Position numbers and translations under genes: made by a program | Shown: in pieces, positions 34,513 through 48,168 of the stretch | Layout of the letters: every line of letters begins with the position of its first letter | How positions within the stretch are numbered: the stretch's first letter is position 1 | Source: Mobula hypostoma | Taxonomy: Eukaryota | Length of the DNA: 64,000 bases | Direction: 5' to 3' | Assembly: GCF_963921235.1 (NCBI RefSeq) | Contig: NC_086098.1 | Coordinates: 82,646,001-82,710,000 of the forward strand | The notes under the pieces: model-generated | The model's database searches: none | Seen by the model: only the letters and a program-made list of their open reading frames with translations | What the model was told of the DNA's origin: nothing

Positions 34513-36649
34513 GAGTTGAAGCCACAGGGAACAAGACAGCTAACATTTTTGAAGAGGGGACTGGAAGCAGGTAGTTAAAACCAGAGGGGGTTATTTTTCT
34601 CTTTGACTGGTAGTGATAGCTCTTTACTTACTTACACTTACATATAGAGCGTACAATAAATGATATCTGTTTTTAGTAAACAAAGCTATAACTGTCCACA
34701 GAAATATTAACATGGATATTTGCATAACAAAATACCTAATTAACAATTAAAATTTGATGTCTATTCACTTCAAAATACAAATTTGTTAAAAGTCTCCTTT
34801 TTAACTTTTTATATTGGCTGAAAGAGATGGATCATTCAGGTTGATAAAGCACATCAACACATCAGATTCAGGTTTATTATCACTGATGTATGTAATGAAA
34901 TTTGTTGTTTTGTGGCAGCAGTACATTGCAATCCATAAAAATTACCATAAGTAATAATGGACAGACAGACAGACCGAAAGAGGAATAGTGAATTCATGTT
35001 CACGGGTTCGGAATCAGGCAAGGATAACTTCAAACTCCACTACCTATGAAATGATGATATAACCTACAGACTCACTTCCAAGGACTCTTTACAACTCATG
35101 TTCTCAGTATTATCTTTACTTGCATAATATTTGTCTTTATTTGCACTTTGGTTGTTAGCCAATCTTTGTCTGCTTATGTATATTTTTTTGTAATTTCTAT
35201 TTTTTTCCTGTAAATGCCTGCAAGAAAATGAATCTTAAGGTAGTATATGGTAATATACAGTATATGTACTTCCATAATAAATTTACTTTGAATTTTGAGG
35301 TTTATCACTGACACATCTAGTGAAATTTGCAAGACTTGAAAAAAAGTTAAGTTACAATAAATAAATAAATAAATAATGCAAAAAAAGAAGTGGTGTTCTT
35401 GGGTTCATGGGCTGTTCATCAATCTGATAAACAGAAGAGATTCTTCAGATGCTGGAAATCCAGAGTATAGCACAGACAAAATGATGGAAGAACTCAGCAG
35501 GTCAGGTAACATCAATAGAAAGGAATAAAGAATCAGCATTCTGGGCCTACTTCAGGACCAAACACATTTTCCAGTGTGTTAGTTGTGAAGGCAAAAGATG
35601 CATTTCACTGTATGTTTCGATGTACACATAATAAATAAACTTGAGTCTTGATTCTTGATGGGCTGAATGACCAACTTCTCCAACTTTTTAGATTGTGCAG
35701 TGATTCTATTTGTTTCAGGATCATGTTGACGTAGGAAAAATTACCTTGAACTACAGTAGTCAGGCAAAATATGTATCTGCTCCTATCCCATCAACTGCAG
35801 ATAAAACATCGACAGTAGGGTTTTACGAAACATCTTTTATTTGCAAAAGTAAGCTTGAGGTAACTGTGAAATTGGCTCAATTCCTTGCAGCAAGGTTCCA
35901 CATGTTGATACGGTCACCCTGCCACAAGATCATCAAATTCATGGTAACAAACAAGCTTTGCCATAAAAAAAGCTTAAATCATTGCTTTTGAAATGACATG
36001 TGTCCAGTTTTATATGATATGATAGTTGAATCACAACCAGAAAACATCCATCATTCTATCCTTGCAGTTGAAACTCTGACTTCTGGCAGACAATGCAGGA
36101 AGATGTCATTATATCTCTGAATACCATTCTTCAAGGAGATTTTGATGTTGTCATGGCACATTAGCAACTGTCTTCTCACAGATTACCAGAATCCCTGTGG
36201 CACAAGAAAGTGATGGTGACTCAGTAAAGCACAGATCTGCTTTTCAACATTAAGATGATTAGTTACAGAAGGAAGATAAGACGGGAAGATGTCATGGAAA
36301 TATTTTTTTTAATATACTTACTCACTTGTGGGTGATGCTAGCTAAATCATCATTAATTGTTTGAGAAGGTGGTATGGATCTGCCTACTGACCTGAATGTG
36401 ACCTAAACTGATAAGAATGCAATGCTTCACTGCCCTCTGGAAAGGCCCAGTAAGTCACTCAGTTCATGGAACATTTTGACATTCATATACTGTAGCAATG
36501 ATCAAGGTAGGCAACTTTCGCCGTAATGAATGCTCGTGTCGAATGTAGCACCACACCATAATGTAGCAATTAGCATAATGTTTTACAACACCAATAATTG
36601 TGATCAGAACAACCCAAAGAAACGTTCAAAATTATGAGAGGCATAGATA

Positions 36650-37232
36650 CAGTACACAGTATGGAAATGCCAATGCCCTTGTATGGAAAAACCTACAAAA
36701 AGAAGTGGATATCACACAGTCCATCACGAGCAATGTCCTCCCAACCATTGAGCATATCTACATGGAGTGCTGTTGCAGGGAAAGCAACATCCATCATCAA
36801 GGACCCCCATGACCTATGCTCTCTTCTTGCTGCAGCCATCAGGAAGAAGGTAAAGGAGCCTCAGGACTCGCACCACCAGGTTCAAGAACAGTTATTACTA
36901 CACAACCATCAGACTCTTGAACCAGAGGGGAGAACTTCACTTGCCTCAGCATTGAACTGTTTCACAACCTATGGACTCATTTTCAAGAACTCTTCATTGT
37001 ATGTTTTTGATATTTATTGCTTATTTATTGTTTATGTATGTATGTATTTCTCTTTTCGTGTTTGCACAGTTTGTTGTCTGTTGCACACTGGTTGTTTGTC
37101 CATCATATTGGGTGCAGTCTTTCATTGATTTTATTGTGTTTCTTTGATTTACCGTTCATGTTCACAAGAAAATTAAGCTAAGGGTTTTATATGGTAACAT
37201 ATATGTACTTTGCTAATAAATTTACTTTGAAC
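36650..37232 (+). mobile_element. Rex1/Babar LINE 3' fragment
   Basis: Homologous to 6870-7538 and 19790-20553 (KATSIIKDPH; tail aataaatttactttgaacttt). Confidence 0.75.
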
Positions 37233-37234
37233 TT

Positions 37235-38760
37235 TGGTAACAATCTTTTCCTGAGGGTAGTGGAGTCCACAACTAGGCAATATAGATTTCAAGTGAGAGG
37301 AAGAAGACTTAAAAGGACCCTGAGGGGCAACATTTTATGCAAAGAGTTGAAGAATGTATGGAATGAGATGCCAGAGGAAGTGGTAAAGCAGGTACAATAC
37401 TATCATTTAAGAAGCACTTGGGTAAGTACATTGAAGGGAGGGGCCAGGAAGGATATGGGCAGAATGCAAGAAATTGGGACTAGCTTGTTGGATAACATCG
37501 TTGTAGTGTATATGGATTCCAGCAAGGCATTTGATAAGGTACCTCATGCAAGGCTTATTGAGACAGTAAGGAAGCAAAGGATCCAAGAGGACATTGCTTT
37601 GTGGATCCAGAACTGGCTTGCCCACAGAAGGCAAAGAGTGGTTGTAGATGGGTCATATTCTGTATGGAGGTCAGTGCCAGTGGAGTGCCTCAGGGATCTG
37701 CTCTGGGACCTCTACACTTCGTGATTTTTATAAATAACCTGGATGAGGAAGTGGAGGGATGGGTAAGTAAGTTTGCTGATGACATGAACGTTGGAGGTGT
37801 TGTGGATAGTGTGGAGGGCTGTCAGAGGTTACAGTGGGACAATGATAGGATGCAAAACTGGGCTGAGAAGTGGCAGATGGAGTTCAACCCAGGTAAGTGT
37901 GAAGTGGTTCATTTTGGTAGGTTAAATATGATGGCAGAATATAGTATTAATGGTAAGACTCTTGGCAGTGTGGAGGATCAGAGGGATCTTGGGGTCCGAG
38001 TCCATAGGACACTCAAAGCAGCTGCGCAGGTTGACGCTGTGGTTAAGAAAGCATATGGTGTATTGGCCTTCATTAATCATGGAATTGAATTTAGGAGCCG
38101 AGAGGTAATGTTGCAGATATATAGGACCCTGGTTAGACCCCACTTGGAGTACTGTGCTCAGTTCTGGTCACCTCACTACAGGAAGGATGTGGAAACTATG
38201 GAAAGGGTGCAGAGGAGATTAGCAAGGATATTGCCTGGATTGGGGAGCATGCCTTATGAAAACTGGTTAAGTGAACTCGGCCTTTTCTCCTTGGAGTGAT
38301 GGAGGATGAGAGGTGACCTGATAGAGGTGTACAAGATAATGAGAGGTATTGATCGTGTGGGTAGTCAGAGGCTTTTTCCCAGGGCTGAAATGACTGCCAC
38401 AAGAGGACACAGGTTTAAGGTGCTGGGGAGTAGGTACAGAGGAGATGTCAGGGGTAAGTTTTTTACTCAGAGAGTGGTGAGTACGTGGAATGGGCTGCTG
38501 GCAATGGTGGTGGAGTCAGATACAACAGGCTCTTTTAACAGACTTCTGGATACGTACATGGAGCTTAGAAAAATAGAGGGCTATGGGGAAGTATAGTAAT
38601 TTTTAAGATAGGGACATGTTCGGCACAACTTTGTGGGCTGAAGGGCCTGTATTGTGCTGTACGTTTTCTATGTTTCTATGTTTCTAAACATGATTGACAA
38701 GGACTCATTGGGCCGAAGGGCATAGACCTGTGCTATGTTGCTCTGTGACTCTATGACTCA
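37235..38760 (+). mobile_element. Young CR1 (~37487-38686) nested in an older CR1 3' tail
   Basis: SGVPQGSALGP, KFADD, LVRPHLEYCAQFWSP motifs and (tttctatg)n tail; older tail continues at 38687-38760. Confidence 0.92.
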
Positions 38761-38852
38761 CTGTAAGTTTGAAATTACCTGTAAGATTCAAGATTGATTA
38801 ATGTAATTTCTAGTACACAAAGGTAAAGGAGAACAAAATAATTGTTAATATA

Positions 38853-39102
38853 GAGCAACACACATAAAAGTTGCTGGTGAACGCAGCAGGCCAGGCAGCA
38901 TCTATAGGAAGAGGTACAGTCCACGTTTCGGGCCGAGACCGAGACCCTTCATCACGACTAACTGAAAGAAGAGATAGTAAGAGATTTGAAAGTGGGAGGG
39001 GGAGAGAGAGATCCGAAATAATAGGAAAAGACAGGAGGGGGAGGGATGAAGCTAAGAGCTGGAAAGTTGATTGGCAAAAGGGATATGAAAGGATCATGGG
39101 AC
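38853..39102 (-). mobile_element. Penelope-like terminal repeat with mutated hammerhead (38917-38960)
   Basis: Highly similar to 31980-32210. Confidence 0.8.
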
Positions 39103-39384
39103 ATATACATATCTTGCAAACCCTTCAGTAGTTGCATAGGCACCTGAAGAGCAGACTATCTGTTTGCTGGAAGTGACCGATAGAGGCAGATGCCAACTTT
39201 TTAAGCTCACCAGTGGGAGGTGGTGCTTTAGCACTGCTGGTCCACCACCTCGAGGGAGTCTTGATCATAAGTGGGTGGAAACTCCTGAAGACAGGTGGCA
39301 GATCAACTGATGATCCCACTGGTGACAGCACAGGACAGTTAACATCTTAGTCCACGTGTATTTTGTAACTCTAATGTAATCTTC

Positions 39385-39948
39385 ATTCCCCCTCCCCCAC
39401 CCACCTACCTTCCCCCTCATAAGGCTTCACCTATCACCTTCCAGCTTGTACTCGTTTCCCTCCCCCATCTTCTTATTCAAAGTTCAAAGTTCAAATTAAT
39501 TATGCAAAGGCATATATTATATACAACCTTGAGATTCATCTTCTTGTAGGCAGCCACAAGACAAAGAAATGCAATAGAAGCCACAAAACAAAAACACAAC
39601 AAGTATCGACAAACATCCAAAGTGCGAAAAATATCAAGAGATTGTGCAAATAATAATAATGATAAACAAATAATACACAGACCATTATGCAGGGTCCCCA
39701 AAAGTGAGTCCACAGCCACGGAGCCAGTTCTGCACTGAGACAAGTGCCGATAGCTGCAAAGTCAATTCAGCATGGAGGTGAGTAAAGCCTCATGTTTTCT
39801 GGCTTATTTCCCCACCTTTCCAGTCCTGATGAAAGGTCTCATCCTGAAACATAGACCCTTTATTCCTTTCACAGACACTACCTGACCTGCTGAGTTCCTC
39901 CAACATTTTGTGCGTTACTCAAGATTTCCAGCATCTGCCTCGTGTTTA
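39385..39948 (+). mobile_element. Penelope-like 3' end, split by a minus-strand LINE tail (~39476-39795)
   Basis: Pyrimidine-rich UTR, then cagtcctgatgaaaggtctcatcctgaaac and cctgacctgctgagttcctccaacattttgtg. Confidence 0.7.
39821..39858 (+). ncRNA. Hammerhead ribozyme-like motif, diverged
   Basis: caguc-CUGAUGA-A-AGG(ucucau)CCU-GAAA-CA-UA-gac; core intact, stem I short. Confidence 0.5.
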
Positions 39949-41194
39949 AGATATTGTAATGGTCCCTGGTTTCAATCATTAATGTCAGTAGAACCAGATA
40001 TTATACCTGGTTGTTTTTAGAACTCATATTCAAATATTGCAGGAAATGTATTATAACCAATCCATTACAGAGATGACTATATATTCAGAAAAAGTTAATA
40101 ATTGTATTTCATTTGTTACCTTTTTCCCATTATAGCTTATAATCACTTAGATGCACATCTATCTTTCTTAGCTGAAACAATAATATGTCTTCTTTTTATA
40201 TTTCACCCAATAATTACTCACTCCCATTTTGACACTGATAATGGACTTTTTATTGCACTTTCTTCTATAGGCTTTTCCCTTCAAGGTGCCACTTGCTCCC
40301 AATCCAATTTCCTCTCCCTGACTTGAATTAAGCAGACAGGGCAGTCAATGTTCCAGACATTACCAGAACTACCTTAGCTCCATGATTGAAGAACAAATTG
40401 AGATAATCAGTCAATTTTTTTTGCCATTTCTCTTCCCCGAAAGGCAAATATTGAAATGGAATCATTCACTTGCATGGAGCATTTCATTTAACAGCTGGGA
40501 TTCAAATCTCCAGCTGGAAATCTGTCATATATCTGTTTAAAATATTGGGCCACTTATCATTTATAGTATCATTTTTTCCCCTCACTCTTACATGCTGGAA
40601 ATGCAATTAATTCTGGTGATAAAGGCGCATTGGTTTAATGATGATTTTCACAATTTTATCATTATGAAAATACTAAAACGCACTCCGCAGGTATGGACTC
40701 ACGTCCAGAAACTCTGCAATTCACGTTACAAGTGTTCTTATTTACTTTTTTTCACTATTTGTGCAACTTGATCGAGGTGCTTCGGTGCAGAGCTAGCTCT
40801 GCGGTTGTGGCCTGCAGTCATGGACTGACTGACTGACTCATCAGCTCCTGGACTGGCTTCACTCATCTCAGCAGCATGTGGAGTGGACTCACTTTTGGGG
40901 ACTCTGCAGTTTGTTGATTAATATTCTATGTGTTACTTGTTTGCTTTGTGTTATTTCCACAATTTGCATGTTGGGTGTTTGATGGTCTTTGTTTTGTGGC
41001 TGCCTGCAGGAAAACAAATCTCAAGGTTGAATACTGTTTACATACTTTGAAAATAAATGTTCTTTGAAACTTTAACTGTAATTATTGAATTAATACAGTA
41101 TAATATCACAACATCAATCAAAGCACACTACTCAGCACCAGAAGCAAGTAGCTTCAGGAGTTTATGCAGGGCAAATCTCATTCATGTTATTATA

Positions 41195-41531
41195 ATTGTA
41201 ACCACGGCCTCTGATGTTTGGGATTGATAATAGATGCTACGTCCTCGGTGTCTTAAGTCAATACAGAAGCCAGGGCAGTACAACATAGAGAGCAAGCTGT
41301 TGCCCATGCAGCAGACTCCCCCTCCCCATGCAGCTGATGAATCCAAAGAAACAGCAGAGACCGATACAATTTGGACCAGCAGTTTCACAGGAGTTGCCAG
41401 TAAGCATTGAACTCAATGTAGGACGGCCTTAGGGACTCCTGATTTTCCTCAGGGTTTACTCCGGAAGCATTCCCCATAAGTGTGTGTAGTCACAAGACAG
41501 CGGAGGTTTGAGGTCAGAGTTTTCCTTCTCC
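41195..41531 (-). mobile_element. RTE-related non-autonomous retroposon fragment
   Basis: Minus strand ggagaaggaaaactctgacctcaaacc...; shares blocks with 43300-43480 (tccaaag.aa, tttgg.accagc, caggag.tgc, ccttaggg.ctcc). Clade assignment is from recall. Confidence 0.5.
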
Positions 41532-43214
41532 AAAAAAGAGGAAGTTTTCTTAATGAAACAAAAAGAGTGTAAAAGGGCTGGAAATGATCTGGATGATGGA
41601 ATTTTGTGGCCATGTTAGTAGATGATACAAAGGTAGGTCGAGGAGGAAACAAAGATTCTGCAGAAGGACTTTGAACAAATTAGGAGAATGGGCAAAGAAG
41701 TGGCAGCTGGAATACGGTGCAGGGAAGTGTTTGGTCACACATTTCAGTAGGAGGAATAAACATGTAGACTATTTTCTAAACATGGAGCAAATTCAGAAAT
41801 TGAAGGTGCAAAGCAGAGGTTAATAGATTCTTGAATAGTAAGGGCATTAAAGTTTACACAGAGAAGGCTGGAGAATGGGTTAAGAAGGGAAAAAAATCAG
41901 CTATGATTTATTTTGGAGCAGACCAGACAGGCTGGGTGGCCTAATTATGCTCCTATGCCTTATAATACTGTATTATGAAACATAGGAGAAATTATTTCAG
42001 CATGTATTAGAAATCCTGATGATCTTTATCAAATATTTTTACAACTGATTTATGGCAATAATGCTATAGTGCATTAATTCTATAGAGTATCTTTTAAAAA
42101 TTTCAACCCAAAACGTAACTGGAAACAACAACATGAAAATTAATACACAGATACAGTACAAGAAATAGTGGACAGTGTCAGCTGAGAATTTGCGATATTC
42201 TTCAGGCATGACTTGGTTAAATTAGTAGCTGTATGTTGCACAGGTCTTGAAAAGGGGGAGTCTGTACTTCAGTCTATGCTTACTGGCCTCACTACTACGC
42301 AGCTACACTGAATCATAGATTTTTGACTTCTAAGGGAATTGAATATGTATGTTTGTAATTATAACAAGAAATGTTTTGGTTCTGTTAGACTAGTGATAAT
42401 GAATGTAGGAGCTCTGCCTTACTCATCTTAAGTGAAATGCAAGCAAATTGAAAACATAGTCTTGTTTGTCTAACTGTCAGGCAGAAAAGTTTAATTGGAT
42501 ATCTTTTGTTTTCCTCGATTATATTTTCCTCCCTCTTGCTTTTTATCAATACCTATGTTTCTTCTAATTCACAACTACTATTATTGAGAAGAAATGGTGC
42601 ATTAAGATTACGTTGTAAAATGGACAGTTTATAGACTTGTGTTGTTTTTTTTCAAAAGAGAATCTTTCCTCCTTCTGACATCATGCATGAATGCAAGGCT
42701 AGCAGCATGTTACTATTCCCAGAGGGTGGGTCTATAATGATTTTTTAAATAACATACATGAACTGCTGGAAGAATTCAGCAAATCAGGCAGCAGCTATGA
42801 AGGGGAATAAGGAGTTGACATTTTAGGGATGACCTATTTTTTAGAAATCCATGCTAGCTGTTCCTGGTCAAATAGAAATATCCAGTGAGAAGGGATCCAC
42901 CAATCATAGTTCGGAAATAGGTATTGATTCGCCAAATAAAGATTCAAATCTTCCTTTGGAGAACAAAAAGAGCACTCTGCTCTTCCTGGCTGGCAAGATT
43001 CCCAGAAAAACCCCTTGGAACCAAAGGATCCCATATTCATCTTCTCTTGTAACATGCAGCTGTTTTTTAAATGCTCAGTGGGATTTTTTCTCATAAATGT
43101 TTGACTTCTGAAAGGCATACATGCATGTGTTGCAATCATTGGCATAAAAATGGTGACATATCTATACATGGCAGGTTACATGTTTCCAGATATATCTTTA
43201 CCCATCTCTTCAGA

Positions 43215-43815
43215 TGTTTGTTGTCATCCGTCTGTTTCAAAGGACAATGGGTGATGATGATCATCACAAACCTGGGCAGAAGGAATGGAGATCCTGAGAT
43301 GTCTAGTTGTCAAGATCCCCCTCTTGGCCTCACCAGTGTAGTCCAAAGGAAAACTTATGAAGCAATATGTTTGGCACCAGCTTGGCTGCAGGAGCTGCTG
43401 GAAGGATGTTCAATGATGTCAAGCCACCTTAGGGCTCCACTCTGGTTTTGCTGTCGGGGTTTTCTCCTGTAGACTTCTTCTGTCCTGAGGCTGCACACAA
43501 AGCAGTGAGGCTGTTTACCTATTGCTTGGGATCTGATTCACAAGCACCAGGACATGTCCTTGTGCTGGTGGGCCTGCGTGCTACATGTGCAGGGGCCAGA
43601 CCTCCTCCCTGTCCTCTGAAGTTCAGCCTGCGTCTGAAAGGAGTCAAGTTTCCATGTGTTGCCAGCGAGGAGGCTCCACACGAGGCTTGCTGTTGGAGAA
43701 GTTATGTATAGGCAGGCAGAGACTTACACATTCAGCTCTCCTTTTCATAACACTGCTATCCAGTGCTGGAAGCTGAAAGGGAAAGCAACAAGCATTACCC
43801 ACTCCACCACCACAC
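43215..43815 (-). mobile_element. RTE-related non-autonomous retroposon
   Basis: Diverged relative of 41195-41531; no ORF. Confidence 0.45.
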
Positions 43816-44778
43816 TTCTCGTGATTTTTATTAACGACCTGGATGTGGGGGTAGAAGGGTGGGTTGGCAAATTTGCAGACGACGCAAAGGTTGGAGGTGT
43901 TGTAGATAGTGTAGAGGATTGTCAAAGATTGCAGAGAGACACTGATAGGATGCAGAAGTGGGCTGAAAGGTGGCAGATGGAGTTCAACCCGGAGAAGTGT
44001 GAGGTGGTACACTTTGGAAGGACAAACTCCAAGGCAGAGTACAAAGTAAATGGCAGGATACTTGGTAGTGTGGAGGAGCAGAGGGATCTGGGGGTACATG
44101 TCCACAGATCCCTGAAAGTTGCCTCACAGGTATATATGGTAGTTAAGAAAGCTTATGGAGTGATAGCTTTCGTAAGTCGAGGGATAGAGATTAAGAGTCG
44201 CGATGTAATGATGCAGCTCTATAAAACTCTGGTTAGGCCACACTTGGAGTACTGTGTCCAGTTCTGGTCGGCTCACTATAGGAAGGATGTGGAAGCATTG
44301 GAAAGGGTACAGAGGACATTTACCAGGATGCTGCCTGGTTTAGAGAGTATGAATTATGATCAGAGATTAAGGGATCTAGGGCTTTACTCTTTGGAGAGGA
44401 GGAGGATGAGAGGAGACATGATAGAGGTATACAAGATATTAAGAGGAATGGATAAAGTGGATACCCAGTGCCTCTTCCCCAGGGCACCACTGCTCGATAC
44501 AGGAAGACATGGCTTTAAGGTAAGGGGTAGGAAGTTTAAGCGGGATATTAGAGGAAGGTTTTTTACTCAGAGAGTGGTTGGTGCGTGGAATGCACTGCCT
44601 GAGTCAGTGGTGGAGGCAGATACACTAGTGAAATTTAAACAACTACTAGACAAGTATATGGAGGAATTTAAGGTGGGGGGGTTATATGGAAGGCAGGGTT
44701 TGAGGGTCGGCACAACATTGTGGGTCGAAGGGCCTGTACTGTGCTGTACTATTCTATGTTTCTATGTTCTATGTTCTA
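43816..44778 (+). mobile_element. Young 5'-truncated CR1 LINE with open RT C-terminal frame
   Basis: IFINDLD, KFADD, WQMEFN, LVRPHLEYCVQFWS, RRMRGDMIEVYKI, FFTQRVV..WN.LP without stops; (ttctatg)3 tail. Confidence 0.95.
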
Positions 44779-47382
44779 GACGCATCACAACAACCATTTG
44801 TTGTCATGACTATTGTCAATATGTAAATGGTGTCTGGGCTTGTAGGCACTTTTATCCATAAAGTATGCTGTCTGTAAGGACTTTTGTACGTTCTCCCCGT
44901 GATTGCTTGAGTTTCTTACGTGCTCCTGTTTCCTCCCACATTCCAAAGATGTACGGGTTAGGGTTAGTAAGCTGGGGCATGCTATCTGCTGAATTTAATC
45001 TTTCATCTGAAAAGATCTTGTAAATCTCAAAGTATTGCATTTGCCTTTTCTGAAATATATTGTTTGACCATTGGAGGAAAGGGTGGTTCACTTCACTTGG
45101 GCCTGAATGCCCAAGTGAATACTTATATATATAAATTCTTAAAATGTTATAGTTTATTTTATGTATTGCACTGTGCTGCTGTCACAAAACAACAAATTTC
45201 ACGATATATATCTGTGACAATATACCTGATTTCGATTGCTGAGGTTAAATTAACTGGAAAGTGGTCATTGTTCAAACTGGTGCATTATGACCAACACAAA
45301 AGTACATTCTCCTTCAGTGGATGGAGAGAGTTTGAGGATCATTTTACCTTGAAGTGTTGTACTTCTTGTTTGGTGGGCATAAATGATGCCCTTAGTTCTG
45401 AAGATTCACTAAGCAAGTGATCTAACATCACTCTTTGAAGAACCATGTGGAGATTGTAAACTAAAAAAAACAGATACATAGTTTTCTTCTGATGCTGAAG
45501 CATAATTAATACTACATCTAAAATTAATGAGCTATATACATAATTCAATCTGCAAATTATAGAAGCAAAGCCATTCACCTCTTTTGGACAATGGGCTCAG
45601 GTATTAAAACATCTGCAGGTGAATCTTTTTTCCTCTAAACCTTTAAAAAAAACAAGTGATACTTCCTGTTTCTGTTTGTTTGATACACCTAGTTTGTGAA
45701 ATGGTACCCACGTACTTAAGAAGGTACTACAGGGTCAGATGCAACAACAGATAAAGTTAGCAAGAACATACATTTATTCTCTTTTTTAAAGTTAAGTATA
45801 ATACCAAATATTATCTCCAGACTTTCTGAGATTGTTTTAATGAATATCTGCAAATACTGTAACTTAAAGTCACCATGTTTTATTCAGAATGTCCTCAGAC
45901 TAATGGCTATGAATTTTGAAGATACACACTTCATGAAACGCAATAATCTATCCATAAAAATCCTGAATGAATGCACAGAGGGAAAATGCAATACATTAAG
46001 TCCCAAGTTCTGTAACTTATCACAATATATAAGAACTGTTGTGCAGTTTGCTTTTCTGAAATGAGTTTCTATTTGTGCCTTCACACCAATCACTCAGATA
46101 ATCAACCAAACAGAAAATCAGACACGAGGCACCGTGTGTATAATAAACTGAAAGTGATGGACTGTAAAAGAATGTATTATCACATGTCGAATGTCTTCCA
46201 TGGTACATTTGGAATTTCTGCTGCGGAATAGGGTGACATTTCTGGGACTATAATAGCAAGGAGCACATCTGGCAATTACTATCACATTTCACAGAATTCT
46301 GCAGCTGCTTGTTGACAAAAATGTTAATATCTGTGTTTGCTACTCCAACTTAAAATAACAACGATAATTGGCATACACTTATTTCTTCATTTAAAGATGA
46401 TTTGAAAGAAAACTAGAACAGACATTTATCATAAAAGTGTAAAAATGACGTTTGCTATAAACTCAGGACTAAGAATTTCAAGTAAATGAATACTGTGGCA
46501 TGATAAACCTACATTTGCAAAATTTTGGGGATTGCAAATGTTAACCAGCAGGAAATTGAATGAGTTCAGTTTAATATCAGAGAAAATTTGAACTCATCCA
46601 ATAAAAGATTTGAGGCCATATTAATCCTTGACTGCACCACTATGAGTGACTCCTTTCAAGTTAAGGTCTATCTCTCTCAGGATTACTAATTGTAGTTGTT
46701 CTTGTTTCTACCGTGGAGTGTTTTACATTAAACTATTTTAACATATGTGTTGCTTCATTCACAGATTCACTTTCTACAACTGACACCTCCACTTTGATAA
46801 GTATCAGGCATGCCATCAATGAACAAGAATGACTCTTGTTGCTCAATTAGGGGTATTTTCTTGACATCGGTATATATCATATACAACAAGTACAAGTCCA
46901 TATCAGGGTGAAATCAGGTAGCATTACAACACTGACAATGCATCAGAAGTACTTCATTAGCTGTGAAATTCTGAGTTCAAGAAGGTCTCGAAGGAGGCTA
47001 TGTAAATATATCTTTCCCTGAGGATGTTAAAATTGTGAGTTTTACTGTTCAATGAAAAGCAATAACTTGAGGTTTGCCAAATCTCACCATATGAATGTCA
47101 TCATAAAATGAAATATTCTCTTTTGATTGTCCTAAGTAGATTGACCAGAAATAACATATTGTTACTATACAGCATGTTAATACTTACTGAGCATATTCCA
47201 GCTTTTTGTTAACTGTTGTGAAAATTAAATGTTCCTTTCCTAGATTAAATAATTATGAAAAGTTTTTTATTGTCTAATAATTTAATAATTGATGTTAGAT
47301 AACAGATTCTCTCTATATATTTTAATGCAAAGTTACTTGAGATCTTTTTACACTACACTAAGATCAACATTCAAGTCTCTGC

Positions 47383-47460
47383 TGTTGTATAGTTAAATTA
47401 TAAAGAAAAACTCAGAGGTTATGTTGTATAGTTAAATTATAAAGAAAAACTCAGATGTTA
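47383..47460. repeat. 39-bp tandem duplication
   Basis: tgttgtatagttaaattataaagaaaaactcaga(g/t)gtta twice; one mismatch. Confidence 0.95.
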
Positions 47461-47944
47461 ATTGTTGGTGTGTTTAGATAGATCAGATGCATAGGAATTT
47501 CTTAATGGGCTGATTTGACTCACGTTGAACAATATCAATATTTGTCCCAGAGAATGTTTCAAGAGCCACTGCTAATGGTGCGAGAGCAAAATGGGTAAGT
47601 AAGTGGTATATAAAAAAGTAATCAGGTACAGTATATGTCCCTCTTCCCTAGATCCCTACCCATGTCACATCACTTGTGACCTCCAGTTTGAAAAGGAGCT
47701 CAGGCAGAAATATATTAAGCTTTTTAAAGACAGTGCAATTTTTAATTGGATGTCAAAATATTTTAATAGTATAAGTTGTAATACCCATATTGTAATATTG
47801 ATACAGTATATCTACCAGAACCACATTTTCTTCAGATGCAGTAAAGGTTTCCACTGCATCAAACTGCAAGTTGTCAGTAATCAATACACGAACATCTATT
47901 TAGGTGCCAACAAATTGGTTCTGGAATTTGCTGCTGAGAAGAGA

Positions 47945-48168
47945 TGGCTTGTGTAAAGCTATTACAGTGCCAGTGACCCAGGTTCAATTCCACTGCTGTG
48001 AGGAGTTTGTATGTTCTCCCCATGATCATGTGGGTTTTCTCTCATGCTCCAATTTCCTCGCACATTCAACAAGATGTACAGGTTAATTGGTCACGTGGGT
48101 ATAATTGTGCGGCACATACTTGTTGGACCAGAAGGGTCTGTTATCACACTGAATTTCTAGGTAAGTAA
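47945..48168 (+). mobile_element. tRNA-derived V-SINE, diverged
   Basis: B box ggttcaattcc, then ggagtttgtatgttctcccc...tgtgggttttctc. Confidence 0.65.

Noticed and set aside
43656-44861. 401-aa ORF as a host gene
   Set aside because: It is the CR1 RT C-terminus with chance read-through flanks from neighbouring sequence; 5'-truncated and lacks the endonuclease.
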